DNA of 64,000 nucleotides, taken from the NCBI GenBank assembly GCA_963663545.1, contig OY760505.1, positions 1,632,001 to 1,696,000 on the forward strand, given 5' to 3'. Source of the stretch: Candidatus Delongbacteria bacterium (GTDB taxonomy: Bacteria > CAIWAD01). A model generated the notes under the pieces. The model worked only from the letters and a program-made list of their open reading frames with translations, had not been told where the DNA came from and searched no databases. The position numbers were made by a program, and so were the translations under genes. Shown here piece after piece: positions 46,738 to 56,553 of the stretch. How positions within the stretch are numbered: the first letter of the stretch is position 1; each line of letters opens with the position of its first letter.

Positions 46738-48035
46738 GGGCCTGTCAGGAATTTCGTGTAAACGCCTCTTACGCCGGCACCCTGCCCTCGAACTTGATTG
46801 CCAGGTAGTTCCTCGCCTGACCCCAGTTTCGAATGGGCATCGTCCACTTCTTCTCGATGTTTTGTATCACCATGAAAACCAGCTTCAGAGCCGATTCCAC
46901 GGTAGGGAATGCTGATCTGGTCTTTGTCACACGCCGAATATTGTAGTTCAGCGACTCTATCGCATTGGTCGTATACATCACGCGCCTGATCTCGTCTGGA
47001 TACTGGAGAAATGGCACCAGGTCCGTCCAGCGTTCCCGCCAACTTTTGCTGATTGTAGGATACTTCGCATCCCAGGTGGCACCAAACTCCTGCAGTGCCC
47101 CGAGAGCGGCTTCTTCTGTTGCGGCACTGTAGATCTGCTTCAAGTCGGTGGCGACAGCGCGGCGCTCTTTGTAGGACACGTACTTCAGCGAATTCCTGAC
47201 CGCATGAACGATGCACAGCTGGACATCCGTCTTCGGAAAGACAGCACGGATGGCGTCGGGAAAGCCCGTCAAGCCGTCTACTGCGGCGATCAGGATGTCC
47301 CGAACCCCGCGGTTCCGCAGTTCCGTGATCACGCTAAGCCAGTATTGTGCACCCTCGTTCTCGCTTACCCAAAGACCCAGCAGCTCCTTTTGCCCATCGA
47401 GGTTGATGGCCAGCGCCAAGTGAATGGCGCACTTCTGCACACGCCTGTTTTCTCTGGCTTTGACGATGATAGCGTCGAAGAAAACAATGGGATACACTTC
47501 GTCCAGATCCCGGTTCTGCCAGGCTTCCAGATGCTCTACAACACCGTCGGTCACCGAGGTGATGAACTGCGGCGATACCTCGGTTCCGTAGATCTCCTTC
47601 AGGTGCTCCGTGATCTCCCGTGTCGACATGCCACGAGCATACATCGACAGAATCTTGTCGCTGAAGCCAGGAATCTCGCGTTGGTGCTTGCCGATCAGCA
47701 TGGGCTCAAAGGTCGCGTCCCGGTCTCTGGGAACTTCGATTTCCATGTCGCCCTGATCGCTTCGTACGCGCTTTCTAGTGCTGCCGTTGCGCCTATTGTC
47801 GGTAGGCTTGGTTCCATTTTCATGCTTGGAATAGCCCAGATGATCTGTCAGCTCCGCACCAAGCGCGGCCTCGATGAGCTCCTTGCTCAGCTGCTTCAGG
47901 ATGCCGTTTTCACCAAGCAGGTCTGCCGGTGTCTTGCACTCACGCAGAAGCTCCTGGATTAGGTCTTTCGAAATAGCCACTTGAATTCCTCCTCTAAGAG
48001 AATCTGGCTATTTACACAGAATTCCTGATACCCTC
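46738..48035 (-). mobile_element. IS256-family insertion sequence
   Basis: Imperfect 25-bp terminal IRs (GGGCCTGTCAGGAATTTCGTGTAAA / GAGGGTATCAGGAATTCTGTGTAAA); 8-bp TSD TCTGGGCT at 46730 and 48036. Confidence 0.95.
46769..47980 (-). CDS. IS256 (mutator-type) transposase
   Basis: RNG, VPRDR, MYARGMSTR, FFDA, VDGL.GF, QLCIVH, YTTNAIESLN. Confidence 0.96.
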   Translation of the reverse strand: MAISKDLIQELLRECKTPADLLGENGILKQLSKELIEAALGAELTDHLGYSKHENGTKPTDNRRNGSTRKRVRSDQGDMEIEVPRDRDATFEPMLIGKHQREIPGFSDKILSMYARGMSTREITEHLKEIYGTEVSPQFITSVTDGVVEHLEAWQNRDLDEVYPIVFFDAIIVKARENRRVQKCAIHLALAINLDGQKELLGLWVSENEGAQYWLSVITELRNRGVRDILIAAVDGLTGFPDAIRAVFPKTDVQLCIVHAVRNSLKYVSYKERRAVATDLKQIYSAATEEAALGALQEFGATWDAKYPTISKSWRERWTDLVPFLQYPDEIRRVMYTTNAIESLNYNIRRVTKTRSAFPTVESALKLVFMVIQNIEKKWTMPIRNWGQARNYLAIKFEGRVPA

Positions 48036-48421
48036 TCTGGGCTTGGCGAACGGGCTGGCGTCGTCTATTTGATCGAGAACCCGTCCTTTTCAGATGGATT
48101 TGCTCAGCAGACAGGAATAAACAGGTTTGCAGTGAGTGGATACTGGGAAGTGCCTGAAGGTCTTCGCGATGCGCTTGTTCCAATTGCCGAAGGATACACG
48201 CAACGAACTGACCCAAACAATCCTGAACTGATCAAGACCTATTACTTCGAGTTTGCGGTCTCTGGAACTGACATCTACTGGAATCCAAAGCTGCGAAAGC
48301 CTGAGTCACTTCACTACACGAACCGCGCTGATGGATACTCCTACGCTTACTTCTTCGGCAAGGTGAAGCCACAGAATCCAGAAGCCCTGGATATCCCAGA
48401 CAAGAATCAACAGGAGCAATA

Positions 48422-48847
48422 GTGCTTACCCAACACCAGGCGGATCAACTCATTGCCACCTTGAAGACTGCGGTCCGTAAGGGCGCCCTATCTTGGGAAC
48501 CCGATAAAGCAACCAATGAGCAGCTTGTTTCTGTTGAGCTTAATGGTATGCTCTTTATCTTGTCTATGAAGCGTGGCCCGTTCGAGATAAGGTTGAACAT
48601 GAGGACAGCAGATAAAAATATCGGTTTGTGCAGAATCGATGGCGCGCCGTATCATACGAACGATGATGGAACAGAGTTACGGCAACCCCACATTCACATG
48701 TACGAGGAGGGGCATGGGTTGAAAAATGCCCAAGCGATTGATTGGTACGATCCGAGCAAACCTTATGATACATTGGTGCGGTTCCTGGATGAGGTTAATG
48801 CACGATTCCCAGATGGTTTCCAAGATGCCCTAGAATTGGCGGAATAG
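48422..48847 (+). CDS. DUF6978-like protein
   Basis: MLTQ.QAD.LI..LK...LCRID...HTN.DG.....PHIH.Y.EG.G. Confidence 0.65.
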   Translation: MLTQHQADQLIATLKTAVRKGALSWEPDKATNEQLVSVELNGMLFILSMKRGPFEIRLNMRTADKNIGLCRIDGAPYHTNDDGTELRQPHIHMYEEGHGLKNAQAIDWYDPSKPYDTLVRFLDEVNARFPDGFQDALELAE

Positions 48848-48848
48848 T

Positions 48849-49637
48849 ATGCTTGAGCCAGTACTCAGCTTTGCAGATGAATACGCCAAGTGGTTATCTG
48901 CACGTGTGACGCAAGCTAAGCACGGCGACTTGGTCGAGGTCTCCACACCCATTCTGGACCCCTTCAACGATGGGATTCGCGTGTATGTCGAAGCCTCTCC
49001 AACTGGCTATGTACTTCATGACAATCATCTGACTCTGGAGACATTGGGTGATTGCGGGATTCAGATCAACAGCAATAGCAGGCGTGCCAAGATTGATGGT
49101 ATCCTGAATTCTGCTGGGTTATTCCTGGTTGATGGTCGAGTCCAAACCAAAGCAACTCAAGCTAACCTGATGCAAAGGATGCACTTCCTGCTAATGGGAA
49201 TTCACCGTACGTTTGATCTTCTATTGACACTTCGCCAAGAACCCTCGACGGATTTCCTTGAGCAAGTCTGTAGCCTACTTGATCAGAATGACGTCGGATA
49301 CTCAAAGCAGCACATGATACACGGAGCCACGGTTGAACATCAGATCGATCTTACGATTCCCCTTGGGCGAGGACGAGACCGCTTGATCAAACTCATCGGG
49401 ACACCCAGCAAGAATGCAGCTTCGGTGGTGGCATTCATGTGGGTGGATTTGGAGCGTGCGCAATTAGACGCTGAGCGCGTCGTACTACTAAACGACGAGG
49501 CACAGAACGACGAGGGCAACGCTCGGCGCATTAGTACAGAGACAGAGTCTATCCTGATGGGGTATTCGACGGGTATCTATAGATGGAGTGATCGAAAGGC
49601 TACGGAATTCGAACGTCTATGGCGCCGGGTCTCATAG
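48849..49637 (+). CDS. DUF1828/DUF1829-like protein
   Basis: Y..WL...STP.LDPFND.I.VY...D...TL..L; C-terminal G.TVEH.ID..I...W.D...LND. Confidence 0.7.
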   Translation: MLEPVLSFADEYAKWLSARVTQAKHGDLVEVSTPILDPFNDGIRVYVEASPTGYVLHDNHLTLETLGDCGIQINSNSRRAKIDGILNSAGLFLVDGRVQTKATQANLMQRMHFLLMGIHRTFDLLLTLRQEPSTDFLEQVCSLLDQNDVGYSKQHMIHGATVEHQIDLTIPLGRGRDRLIKLIGTPSKNAASVVAFMWVDLERAQLDAERVVLLNDEAQNDEGNARRISTETESILMGYSTGIYRWSDRKATEFERLWRRVS

Positions 49638-49644
49638 TCCCAAC

Positions 49645-52140
49645 TTACCTCACCAGCAGCACCTTTCGGGCCTCAGAGCAGCGGGGGCCGGATAGCCTGA
49701 CGATGTAGAGTCCGCTGGCCAGATGGCTGGCGTCGAAGCGGGCGATGTGTTCGCCGGCGGGGAAGTCTGTGTCGGCCAGGGTCTGGACGAGCTGGCCGCG
49801 GAGGTTGTAGGCCTGCAGGGTGAAGTGGCCTGGCTGGGGTATGGTGAAGGGAATGGTGGTTATTGGGTTGAAGGGGTTGGGGTAGGCGTCGCCCAGAGTG
49901 GGGGAAGAGGGAAGTGTGCGCACAGCGGGTTCTAGGGGCAGGTAGTCCAGATCGCGAACATTAGGGCCACCTGTGTAGCCAATATCATTGCGTACAGTAC
50001 CGTGTGAGGGCCAAAGGGCCATTCCAGGAGATTCCGGATCTTCCAGGTCGTTGAAAGCCGCGGCGGGGTTGCCTGCATCCACACCAACCGAGTTGGCCGA
50101 TAAGTAGGGAACCCCATACTCAGCGTCCCAGGTAGGGTCATCGCCGATCAGGTTGTTTGAGCCGTTTACTGCCTCTTGCATCATGCAGTAGGAGAACTGT
50201 ATGCGATCCCGGTTCTGACCAGGTATGATCGGGGCCACAAAGCAATCGTACGTATTTCCGGAGATCAGGCAATTCGAAAAAAGTGTCTCTGTGTTACCGT
50301 CCCACGGAGTGTTGAAAATGAAGGGAAGGTCATTGTCAATCACACTAAGGTTCGAAAGCTTGCAGTACTCGTGAATATATAGTGTCAAGGCTTGCTGTTC
50401 ACTTGGCATGTAGCCAGTGAACTGACAGCTTTGAGGCCATTCCAGCGCAGTTACCTGCGTTCCCTGAATAAGGACGTTGTCGACAATGAGGCTATCAGTG
50501 AGACAGAAGAAGCCGCGACGATTGTTGTCAACAATCTCAACATTCTGCATATCAAAGAAACCCCGCATGAATACGCGAACCCCGCCATTATCATTTCCAC
50601 TTATAAGGCAGTTTCTCATGGAGAAATGGGTCCAATAGTCACTGCCATTTTCAGAGCGAAAGGAAACCGATGAGCCAACAGACTCCTCTGCAAGCATGTA
50701 ATCCCGAGGAGTTTCAGGTACAACGTTTTCCAAGCGATTGTTTAGAAAACGACACTCCTCAACCGAGATGTGTCCGTACTCTGTGTAATTGTAGCCCACA
50801 TACAAGACACTCCCTTGATTCTCAGCTCGACCAACTCCTTCCAGAGAGTAGTCATCCGGATCAATGACTTCATTGCCGATGAAATCGCAGTTTCTGATAT
50901 GTGAAGCTCCAGGAGTACCAAAGGCTACCAGTATAATGCCACCAATGTAATAAGGGCCATACTCACCTTCCGCATAGCCGGAAGCAATCGAGGTATTGTT
51001 CAGGAAACGGGTGTTTTCAACAGAAAGACCATTGAAATTCGCTATTGGCCCTCCGCCAAGACACATGCAATCCGACAGATTACCGGCTGTGTTGTTCATG
51101 ATCAGGGAGTTCGTAAGTAGTCCAAAGGCGTCAGCATAGAAGCGCCCAACGGCATGTTGTGAAAACGAGTAATTGTCTGTGGCTATCAAGCTGTCAATCA
51201 ACAAGGTGTCAGCAGAAAACCGCAGTATTCCACCCCCAGAGACTTCACCTTCTGCATAATCAATCGTGTTGCTGCAATGTGTCGCCGTCAGGTTTCGTAA
51301 ACGCAGGACTCCATCCCAAGTCGAAACCCAAAACAAATAGTCGCCAGTCAGAATATGATCATCGATCCCACAGGAGTCAATTGCAACGTGGGACATTTCT
51401 TGGTATCGCAGTGCACTGAACAAGGTGGGTTGAGTTGATAACACACTGAATATGCGAAGGTTGGTGACAATAATTGTATCGGACGTTACCGTAAAAGCCC
51501 CTTCATGTAACTCCCTCGCGTTCCCTCTGTACTCCACATTCTCAAAAACAGCCCTTTTTGCATACTCAAAGCTGACTTGGGTTGTGGAGTAGCTGCAATC
51601 CCCTTCTTGAACATACCCACACAGTAGTGTATTGCGAATCTCTACGTTCACGGGAGAATCCATCCAGTAGCATCCAAGCATCGCACCATCACCACCCGTA
51701 CTTCTGTTCTCTTTCAAGATTACATGATCCAGGGAAACACTGGCAGAATCACACAAACCAATTCCCCCACCCAAGACACGCCCCTCCGAGTTTCTCCACC
51801 TAAGTCCTCTTTGGATGGTTATTCCCCGCAGATGTAGGTAGTTGTCAGGAGAAGTGTTGACTTCAAGAACTCCACGCAGCCATCTTCCGTCGATTATTGT
51901 GTTCTGTATATCAAGGGTGTCGGCGGAGCGAATCCAATGTGAAGCCAGTACTAAGTTGCTCGTTGTCACGACGACATTCTCGTAGTAGGTGCCTCGATCG
52001 AGCAGGATTGTGTCTGCTACTTGAGCGGCGTCCACTGCTTGTTGGATAGTGAAGTATTCTGTAGGCACATGAAGCACATCTGCGCGAGTCAATGTTGCGC
52101 TCAGGACGAGGAGTAAAAGTGGAAGAAGGATTCTATTCAT
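49645..52140 (-). CDS. secreted beta-helix protein with C-terminal sorting (T9SS type A / FlgD-Ig-like) domain
   Basis: Signal peptide, VPTEY.TIQQAVD..GTYYENV, DAGNP..ND..GT.RNDIG.TGG, YPNPFNP.TTI.F..YNL.GQ..LASG.Y. Confidence 0.85.
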   Translation of the reverse strand: MNRILLPLLLLVLSATLTRADVLHVPTEYFTIQQAVDAAQVADTILLDRGTYYENVVVTTSNLVLASHWIRSADTLDIQNTIIDGRWLRGVLEVNTSPDNYLHLRGITIQRGLRWRNSEGRVLGGGIGLCDSASVSLDHVILKENRSTGGDGAMLGCYWMDSPVNVEIRNTLLCGYVQEGDCSYSTTQVSFEYAKRAVFENVEYRGNARELHEGAFTVTSDTIIVTNLRIFSVLSTQPTLFSALRYQEMSHVAIDSCGIDDHILTGDYLFWVSTWDGVLRLRNLTATHCSNTIDYAEGEVSGGGILRFSADTLLIDSLIATDNYSFSQHAVGRFYADAFGLLTNSLIMNNTAGNLSDCMCLGGGPIANFNGLSVENTRFLNNTSIASGYAEGEYGPYYIGGIILVAFGTPGASHIRNCDFIGNEVIDPDDYSLEGVGRAENQGSVLYVGYNYTEYGHISVEECRFLNNRLENVVPETPRDYMLAEESVGSSVSFRSENGSDYWTHFSMRNCLISGNDNGGVRVFMRGFFDMQNVEIVDNNRRGFFCLTDSLIVDNVLIQGTQVTALEWPQSCQFTGYMPSEQQALTLYIHEYCKLSNLSVIDNDLPFIFNTPWDGNTETLFSNCLISGNTYDCFVAPIIPGQNRDRIQFSYCMMQEAVNGSNNLIGDDPTWDAEYGVPYLSANSVGVDAGNPAAAFNDLEDPESPGMALWPSHGTVRNDIGYTGGPNVRDLDYLPLEPAVRTLPSSPTLGDAYPNPFNPITTIPFTIPQPGHFTLQAYNLRGQLVQTLADTDFPAGEHIARFDASHLASGLYIVRLSGPRCSEARKVLLVR

Positions 52141-52186
52141 AGAAAGGACAGGGACCCCAAGGGGGCCCCTGTCTCCCTTATTGTCG

Positions 52187-55100
52187 CTACTTGATTAACA
52201 GAGCCTTGGTTGTGTGAACGGTACCCCCAGAGCTGGCGCGTATCATGTACACACCCGAGGCAAAACGCGCACCATCGAATTGGAAAGCATGAGTTCCTGC
52301 CTCAATCTCCCCGTTGTACAAGGAAGCAACTTCCTGCCCCAGCATATTGAACACACTAACGGCAAGTTGACACGAGACATTTACCCGCATCTCAATGGTT
52401 GTGACTGGATTGAATGGGTTCGGATATACGGAAGCAAGCTCAAACAAAGCTGGGGTTTCCAGATCTGAGCCTCGATCCCTTTGAATCGTGTTGCTTGCAA
52501 CCGCAAACAAATCATCCACGAGGTGATCAACCCTACCCGGCGCAGTGTAGCTTGCCGAGCTCAAACCACCCTCAACGGGAAACAGTGCGATCTGTGCAAG
52601 AGCAAGTGCTGCGCAGTCCACATCAGAAGGATCACTACTCACAAGCATCTCATCAAGTTCATCTACCGCCTCTGTGCGATCTCCATACCTGGCTTCAACT
52701 GTTAAAGCTGAAGCAGTGGCCATAGAGGAAAGCCAATCGGCACCCTCTGCATCTGCAGAAGCTGCACCAGCTAGGAGAGCAGTTTCTGTTGCATCGGAGA
52801 CATCAGGATCCTTCGTTCCGTAGCCTGTAAGGTACAGCAATGCTGAAGGTGCATACTTGGACTTCGGGTAAAGGCGAATCAACTCGCTGAAGAAGAAGAT
52901 TGCACGATCCTTGTCACCTAATTCGTCAGCAATTACACCTTCAGTATAGAGCTCGAAAGGCTCATCATCCTGCGGGCAGAACTCGTAACTGACGTAAGGG
53001 TATTGCGTGAAGCAGCCGCTTGCATCAATGTCTTGGTTGTAGGGGTCGCCGTCGTACCAGCCATCGATGAAATCGTTTACGTCACTGCATGGAATGTTGT
53101 CCAACTCGCTTCTTCCCCAATAGTTTTTGTTCCACGTCGAAGTCGGGTGTGACCAGTTTCCATTGAAATAGAAGAAAGGATAGCTCATCGACACTCGGGG
53201 CGATATTGTACGATTGTATCCGCACTCCATATCAACATTCAATTTACCCGTCCAGAAAAGCTGCCCATACCAGTCTGAACTAGCCGTGAAATCATTGTAT
53301 GCATAGTGGTCCATGTTGCAAGTGCCATACATCCCACTGATCATGTGCGCGGTAATGTTGGTGAAGTCATTGTCCTCAAGCGTAATATCCGACTGGTTTG
53401 TACTGACTACGTCCTCTTGATACTGGTCGAAAGTATTGTTGGTAAAAGTAACGTCCGCTGAAGAGACCACACTAACTGGTGTAGATGTCTCACCTGCACC
53501 TTTGAAGGTGCAATTCTCCACATCGGCCAGCGAGTTCGCAATCGACAGGGTTTTGAAATCAGAAAAATAACTACCGCTGTTTGCGCCAATCGAGAACCCG
53601 TCAATCAGAAGCTTGTAGCAGTCTATTGCATACACAGGACAAGCCTCTGAACCCTTCACCCAAACAGTGTTGTCTTTGATCAGCGTAGGATACTGAAGAC
53701 CATACAAGTTTATTCGATCAGACGGCTGATTCACGATATGGAGACACTTGAAATCCACAGTAGTGGTGTTCATTAAATCGCCAATTGTCAGGGTCGCGTA
53801 CTGGTTCGAAGCTGGAGTAGAAATCAGAACGCGCGGACAGTCTTCGCCGCCCATGTCTATGCTGCCGCCCGGGCTGCTCCGCAGTTTGAAGTTGCAGCCG
53901 TTTGATGCTTTCAGTGTTACACCAGGGCTCAACACCAGGTCCGGCCTTACGAGAGTCTCATCCTGAGTGATCTCATACACGCCTGCAGGAATCGTGCTAC
54001 TTGAGGGCGCGCTGGACAAGGGCTGCACATCGTAGACCGGCATGTAGCCAATGTCGCGCGGTGTGCCATCGTTGTCCGAATACGCTACACCAGAGTAAAG
54101 CACTAGGCAGCCAGCATCATAATCCTCTGAATCATAGCGCAACTGACCCCAGTATGGACTACTACTTGAACATAGGCCCGACTCCTCAACAGGATCAGTC
54201 TGATAGTACTTAATGTCAGAAACCGAACTGGCACCTGTTGGTGCAGCCTGTAAATGGCAATGAGTGACAGTCGCTTCTCCGTTCTGCATAGAGAAGACGG
54301 CGGATCCATAACCCGCCGGGCCACTGGGATTGTGGATGATACTATTGTGCAACTTGACATCATGTCCGGTACCCTGAATTATCACATATGGATTTTGACT
54401 ACTACCATCCGCGACAGTTAATCCGTCCAGGACCAGTCCCTGTTGCCCCGCTTGGTCATTGTAGGTGAAGATCTCTCCTAGAATAGCACAACTGCTAATG
54501 CCCCTAAACAAGCACTCCCTCACGAAATTCGATGTATTTCCAGGCATATAAAATTGAATACCAAGCAAAGCGGAATCAAACACGCATTCATCAACTTGCA
54601 TAATACCATTAACATCATGATTATTCGGATCACCATACATCAAAGCGCATATGGCGGTGTTATTAGTGAAAGAGCAATTCTTCACTCCGACAGAAGATCG
54701 CAGCGACTGCATTCCGCCACTAATATACGACGTGTTATCCCTAAAAGTACACCTCAAAAAGCCATTAAGTGAACCATTTCTACACCAATGTGCCAAAACA
54801 CCACCTGCGCTTCTAAAGTTGCTCACAGTCGAATTGCATATGTTTCCGTCAAATACACAATCATAAACACCGGTGTTTCTAATGTCATAGAGATGTAGTG
54901 CGCCTGCTGATGCGTCACCATCAGCTTGACACTGATTAAATTGCAAACCCATTAGATTGACTGTATCGCAATGACGAAAAACAAATCCTCCAGCACTATA
55001 GTTGTCAGAGGCACCAGATGTTCCAGAAATAACATCATCTAAACTCGAATTTTGTATTGTAACAGACATCACGTGATCGGAAGCGTATGAATCATAAAAA

Positions 55101-56161
55101 TAACCGGCACCAGCCCCTGAGATAGCAGCTCCTCTTAGCGAAGTGTTCGTAATACTAACATCAAGCATATTGTTTAGTGTGTTTTTCACATACAAGGGGC
55201 CGGCTCTTCTTCCAATAGCCGATAAATTCGAGTTAGAGATCATAAGACCGTTGCTAATTGGCTCCTGATAAGTACGTAAGCCAACTGGAGAGTCAACGAA
55301 ATTTATAAATCCAGAGGATTCACTATTAAGCTGAGTGATATCGCACCATATGTATTGCCAATCACAATCTTCAATATGAAGCATCGATCTTGATGCTTGA
55401 ATCGGGACCTGTATTAGATCATCATTAACAAACATGCCGCTGCCATGAATACGTACTTTTGAGTCTGCAATGTTAAAAATGCTCTCTCCGGCATCTGTGT
55501 CACAGCCGAAGTAGCCGTACAAATCCACTGACACGCAATTGAATTGGCAGTCCACGAAATCGACTGATGGAATATAAAATGGATCAACGGCACCCAGATA
55601 ATCGCGATCTGGATATACTGAGGCTACGACCTCAGTATTGTGTCCGCTAATATCCACCAGGCAGAAGCCTCCTCCGCTAGGGTTAGGGCTACTGCAATCC
55701 CAGCATTTGCATCTTTCTATCGTGACATTTGTGAATCTCACATATCCGCGGTCAACACTTAGTTTAGGGCCCCAAAACATGTCCATCTGAGGCAACGTCT
55801 CCCCAAGATGAACGTCGTTGATATGTAGGGGATAAACAATATCGGTGCTTTCAGGCCATGTTCCATGGATTTCAAGAGCCGATCCCAGTGAATAGAATTG
55901 CCCCGAATCACTCACAATGCAGAATGGTGAACTCAGTACTGGCACATAGAGAATAGTAGGGTAGTCACTACTTGGTACATCGCACAGAAGGACCAATCCA
56001 TCATTTCCATTGTTCAGTGCGCTGTAAAATGCGTCTGAAAATGATCCCCCACTGTAGTAAGCGGGATTGACTTGTGCCAAAACACAGTGCGTTAACGCAA
56101 TAGCTGCTAATCCACAGGCGCGTTTCAGCGCTGTTTCAACGGATGTTGCGTAATCAAACAT
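52187..56161 (-). CDS. large secreted beta-helix protein with TPR-like region and C-terminal sorting domain
   Basis: GGAGG RBS before MFDY; beta-helix repeats; FSELIRLYPKSKYA; YPNPFNP.TTI...FNMLGQ..ASGVY. Confidence 0.8.
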   Translation of the reverse strand: MFDYATSVETALKRACGLAAIALTHCVLAQVNPAYYSGGSFSDAFYSALNNGNDGLVLLCDVPSSDYPTILYVPVLSSPFCIVSDSGQFYSLGSALEIHGTWPESTDIVYPLHINDVHLGETLPQMDMFWGPKLSVDRGYVRFTNVTIERCKCWDCSSPNPSGGGFCLVDISGHNTEVVASVYPDRDYLGAVDPFYIPSVDFVDCQFNCVSVDLYGYFGCDTDAGESIFNIADSKVRIHGSGMFVNDDLIQVPIQASRSMLHIEDCDWQYIWCDITQLNSESSGFINFVDSPVGLRTYQEPISNGLMISNSNLSAIGRRAGPLYVKNTLNNMLDVSITNTSLRGAAISGAGAGYFYDSYASDHVMSVTIQNSSLDDVISGTSGASDNYSAGGFVFRHCDTVNLMGLQFNQCQADGDASAGALHLYDIRNTGVYDCVFDGNICNSTVSNFRSAGGVLAHWCRNGSLNGFLRCTFRDNTSYISGGMQSLRSSVGVKNCSFTNNTAICALMYGDPNNHDVNGIMQVDECVFDSALLGIQFYMPGNTSNFVRECLFRGISSCAILGEIFTYNDQAGQQGLVLDGLTVADGSSQNPYVIIQGTGHDVKLHNSIIHNPSGPAGYGSAVFSMQNGEATVTHCHLQAAPTGASSVSDIKYYQTDPVEESGLCSSSSPYWGQLRYDSEDYDAGCLVLYSGVAYSDNDGTPRDIGYMPVYDVQPLSSAPSSSTIPAGVYEITQDETLVRPDLVLSPGVTLKASNGCNFKLRSSPGGSIDMGGEDCPRVLISTPASNQYATLTIGDLMNTTTVDFKCLHIVNQPSDRINLYGLQYPTLIKDNTVWVKGSEACPVYAIDCYKLLIDGFSIGANSGSYFSDFKTLSIANSLADVENCTFKGAGETSTPVSVVSSADVTFTNNTFDQYQEDVVSTNQSDITLEDNDFTNITAHMISGMYGTCNMDHYAYNDFTASSDWYGQLFWTGKLNVDMECGYNRTISPRVSMSYPFFYFNGNWSHPTSTWNKNYWGRSELDNIPCSDVNDFIDGWYDGDPYNQDIDASGCFTQYPYVSYEFCPQDDEPFELYTEGVIADELGDKDRAIFFFSELIRLYPKSKYAPSALLYLTGYGTKDPDVSDATETALLAGAASADAEGADWLSSMATASALTVEARYGDRTEAVDELDEMLVSSDPSDVDCAALALAQIALFPVEGGLSSASYTAPGRVDHLVDDLFAVASNTIQRDRGSDLETPALFELASVYPNPFNPVTTIEMRVNVSCQLAVSVFNMLGQEVASLYNGEIEAGTHAFQFDGARFASGVYMIRASSGGTVHTTKALLIK

Positions 56162-56553
56162 CTTTGTCCCTCCTATGTGAGAACTGGTTTTACTAGGCGA
56201 ACCAGCAACACCTATCTGCAAGGCCTTAATGGCCTCACACATTATTCGTTAATCATTATTGCCAGAGTAATACTTTCAGCTTGAAACTGTGCCACATGCA
56301 AACCTGATCGAAAGTACAGTCTCTAAACGCTAACCTCTATAAGGCGCCACAAAAGCGAGATCTAATACACAGACAAATCTATGCATCTTCACTGAGTATA
56401 TTGACTGAGTGATAAACATAAAACTGTACTACAAGTATGCCATTGTTTTTAGCCATTGTCAACAACAGGGCAGTGACTGTTTTCTGTTGAATTCTGCGTT
56501 GACCCGCCCGTCCCAATGTCCCACCCTCTCGGTACACTGGTGTCGGAGGTACG

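Larger units (their letters stand above)
46661..48422 (+). pseudogene. 151-aa hypothetical gene interrupted by IS256
   Basis: Removing the IS and one TSD copy restores MTTRITVGK..VLSGLGERAGVVYLIENPSF..NQQEQ* in frame. Confidence 0.85.
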
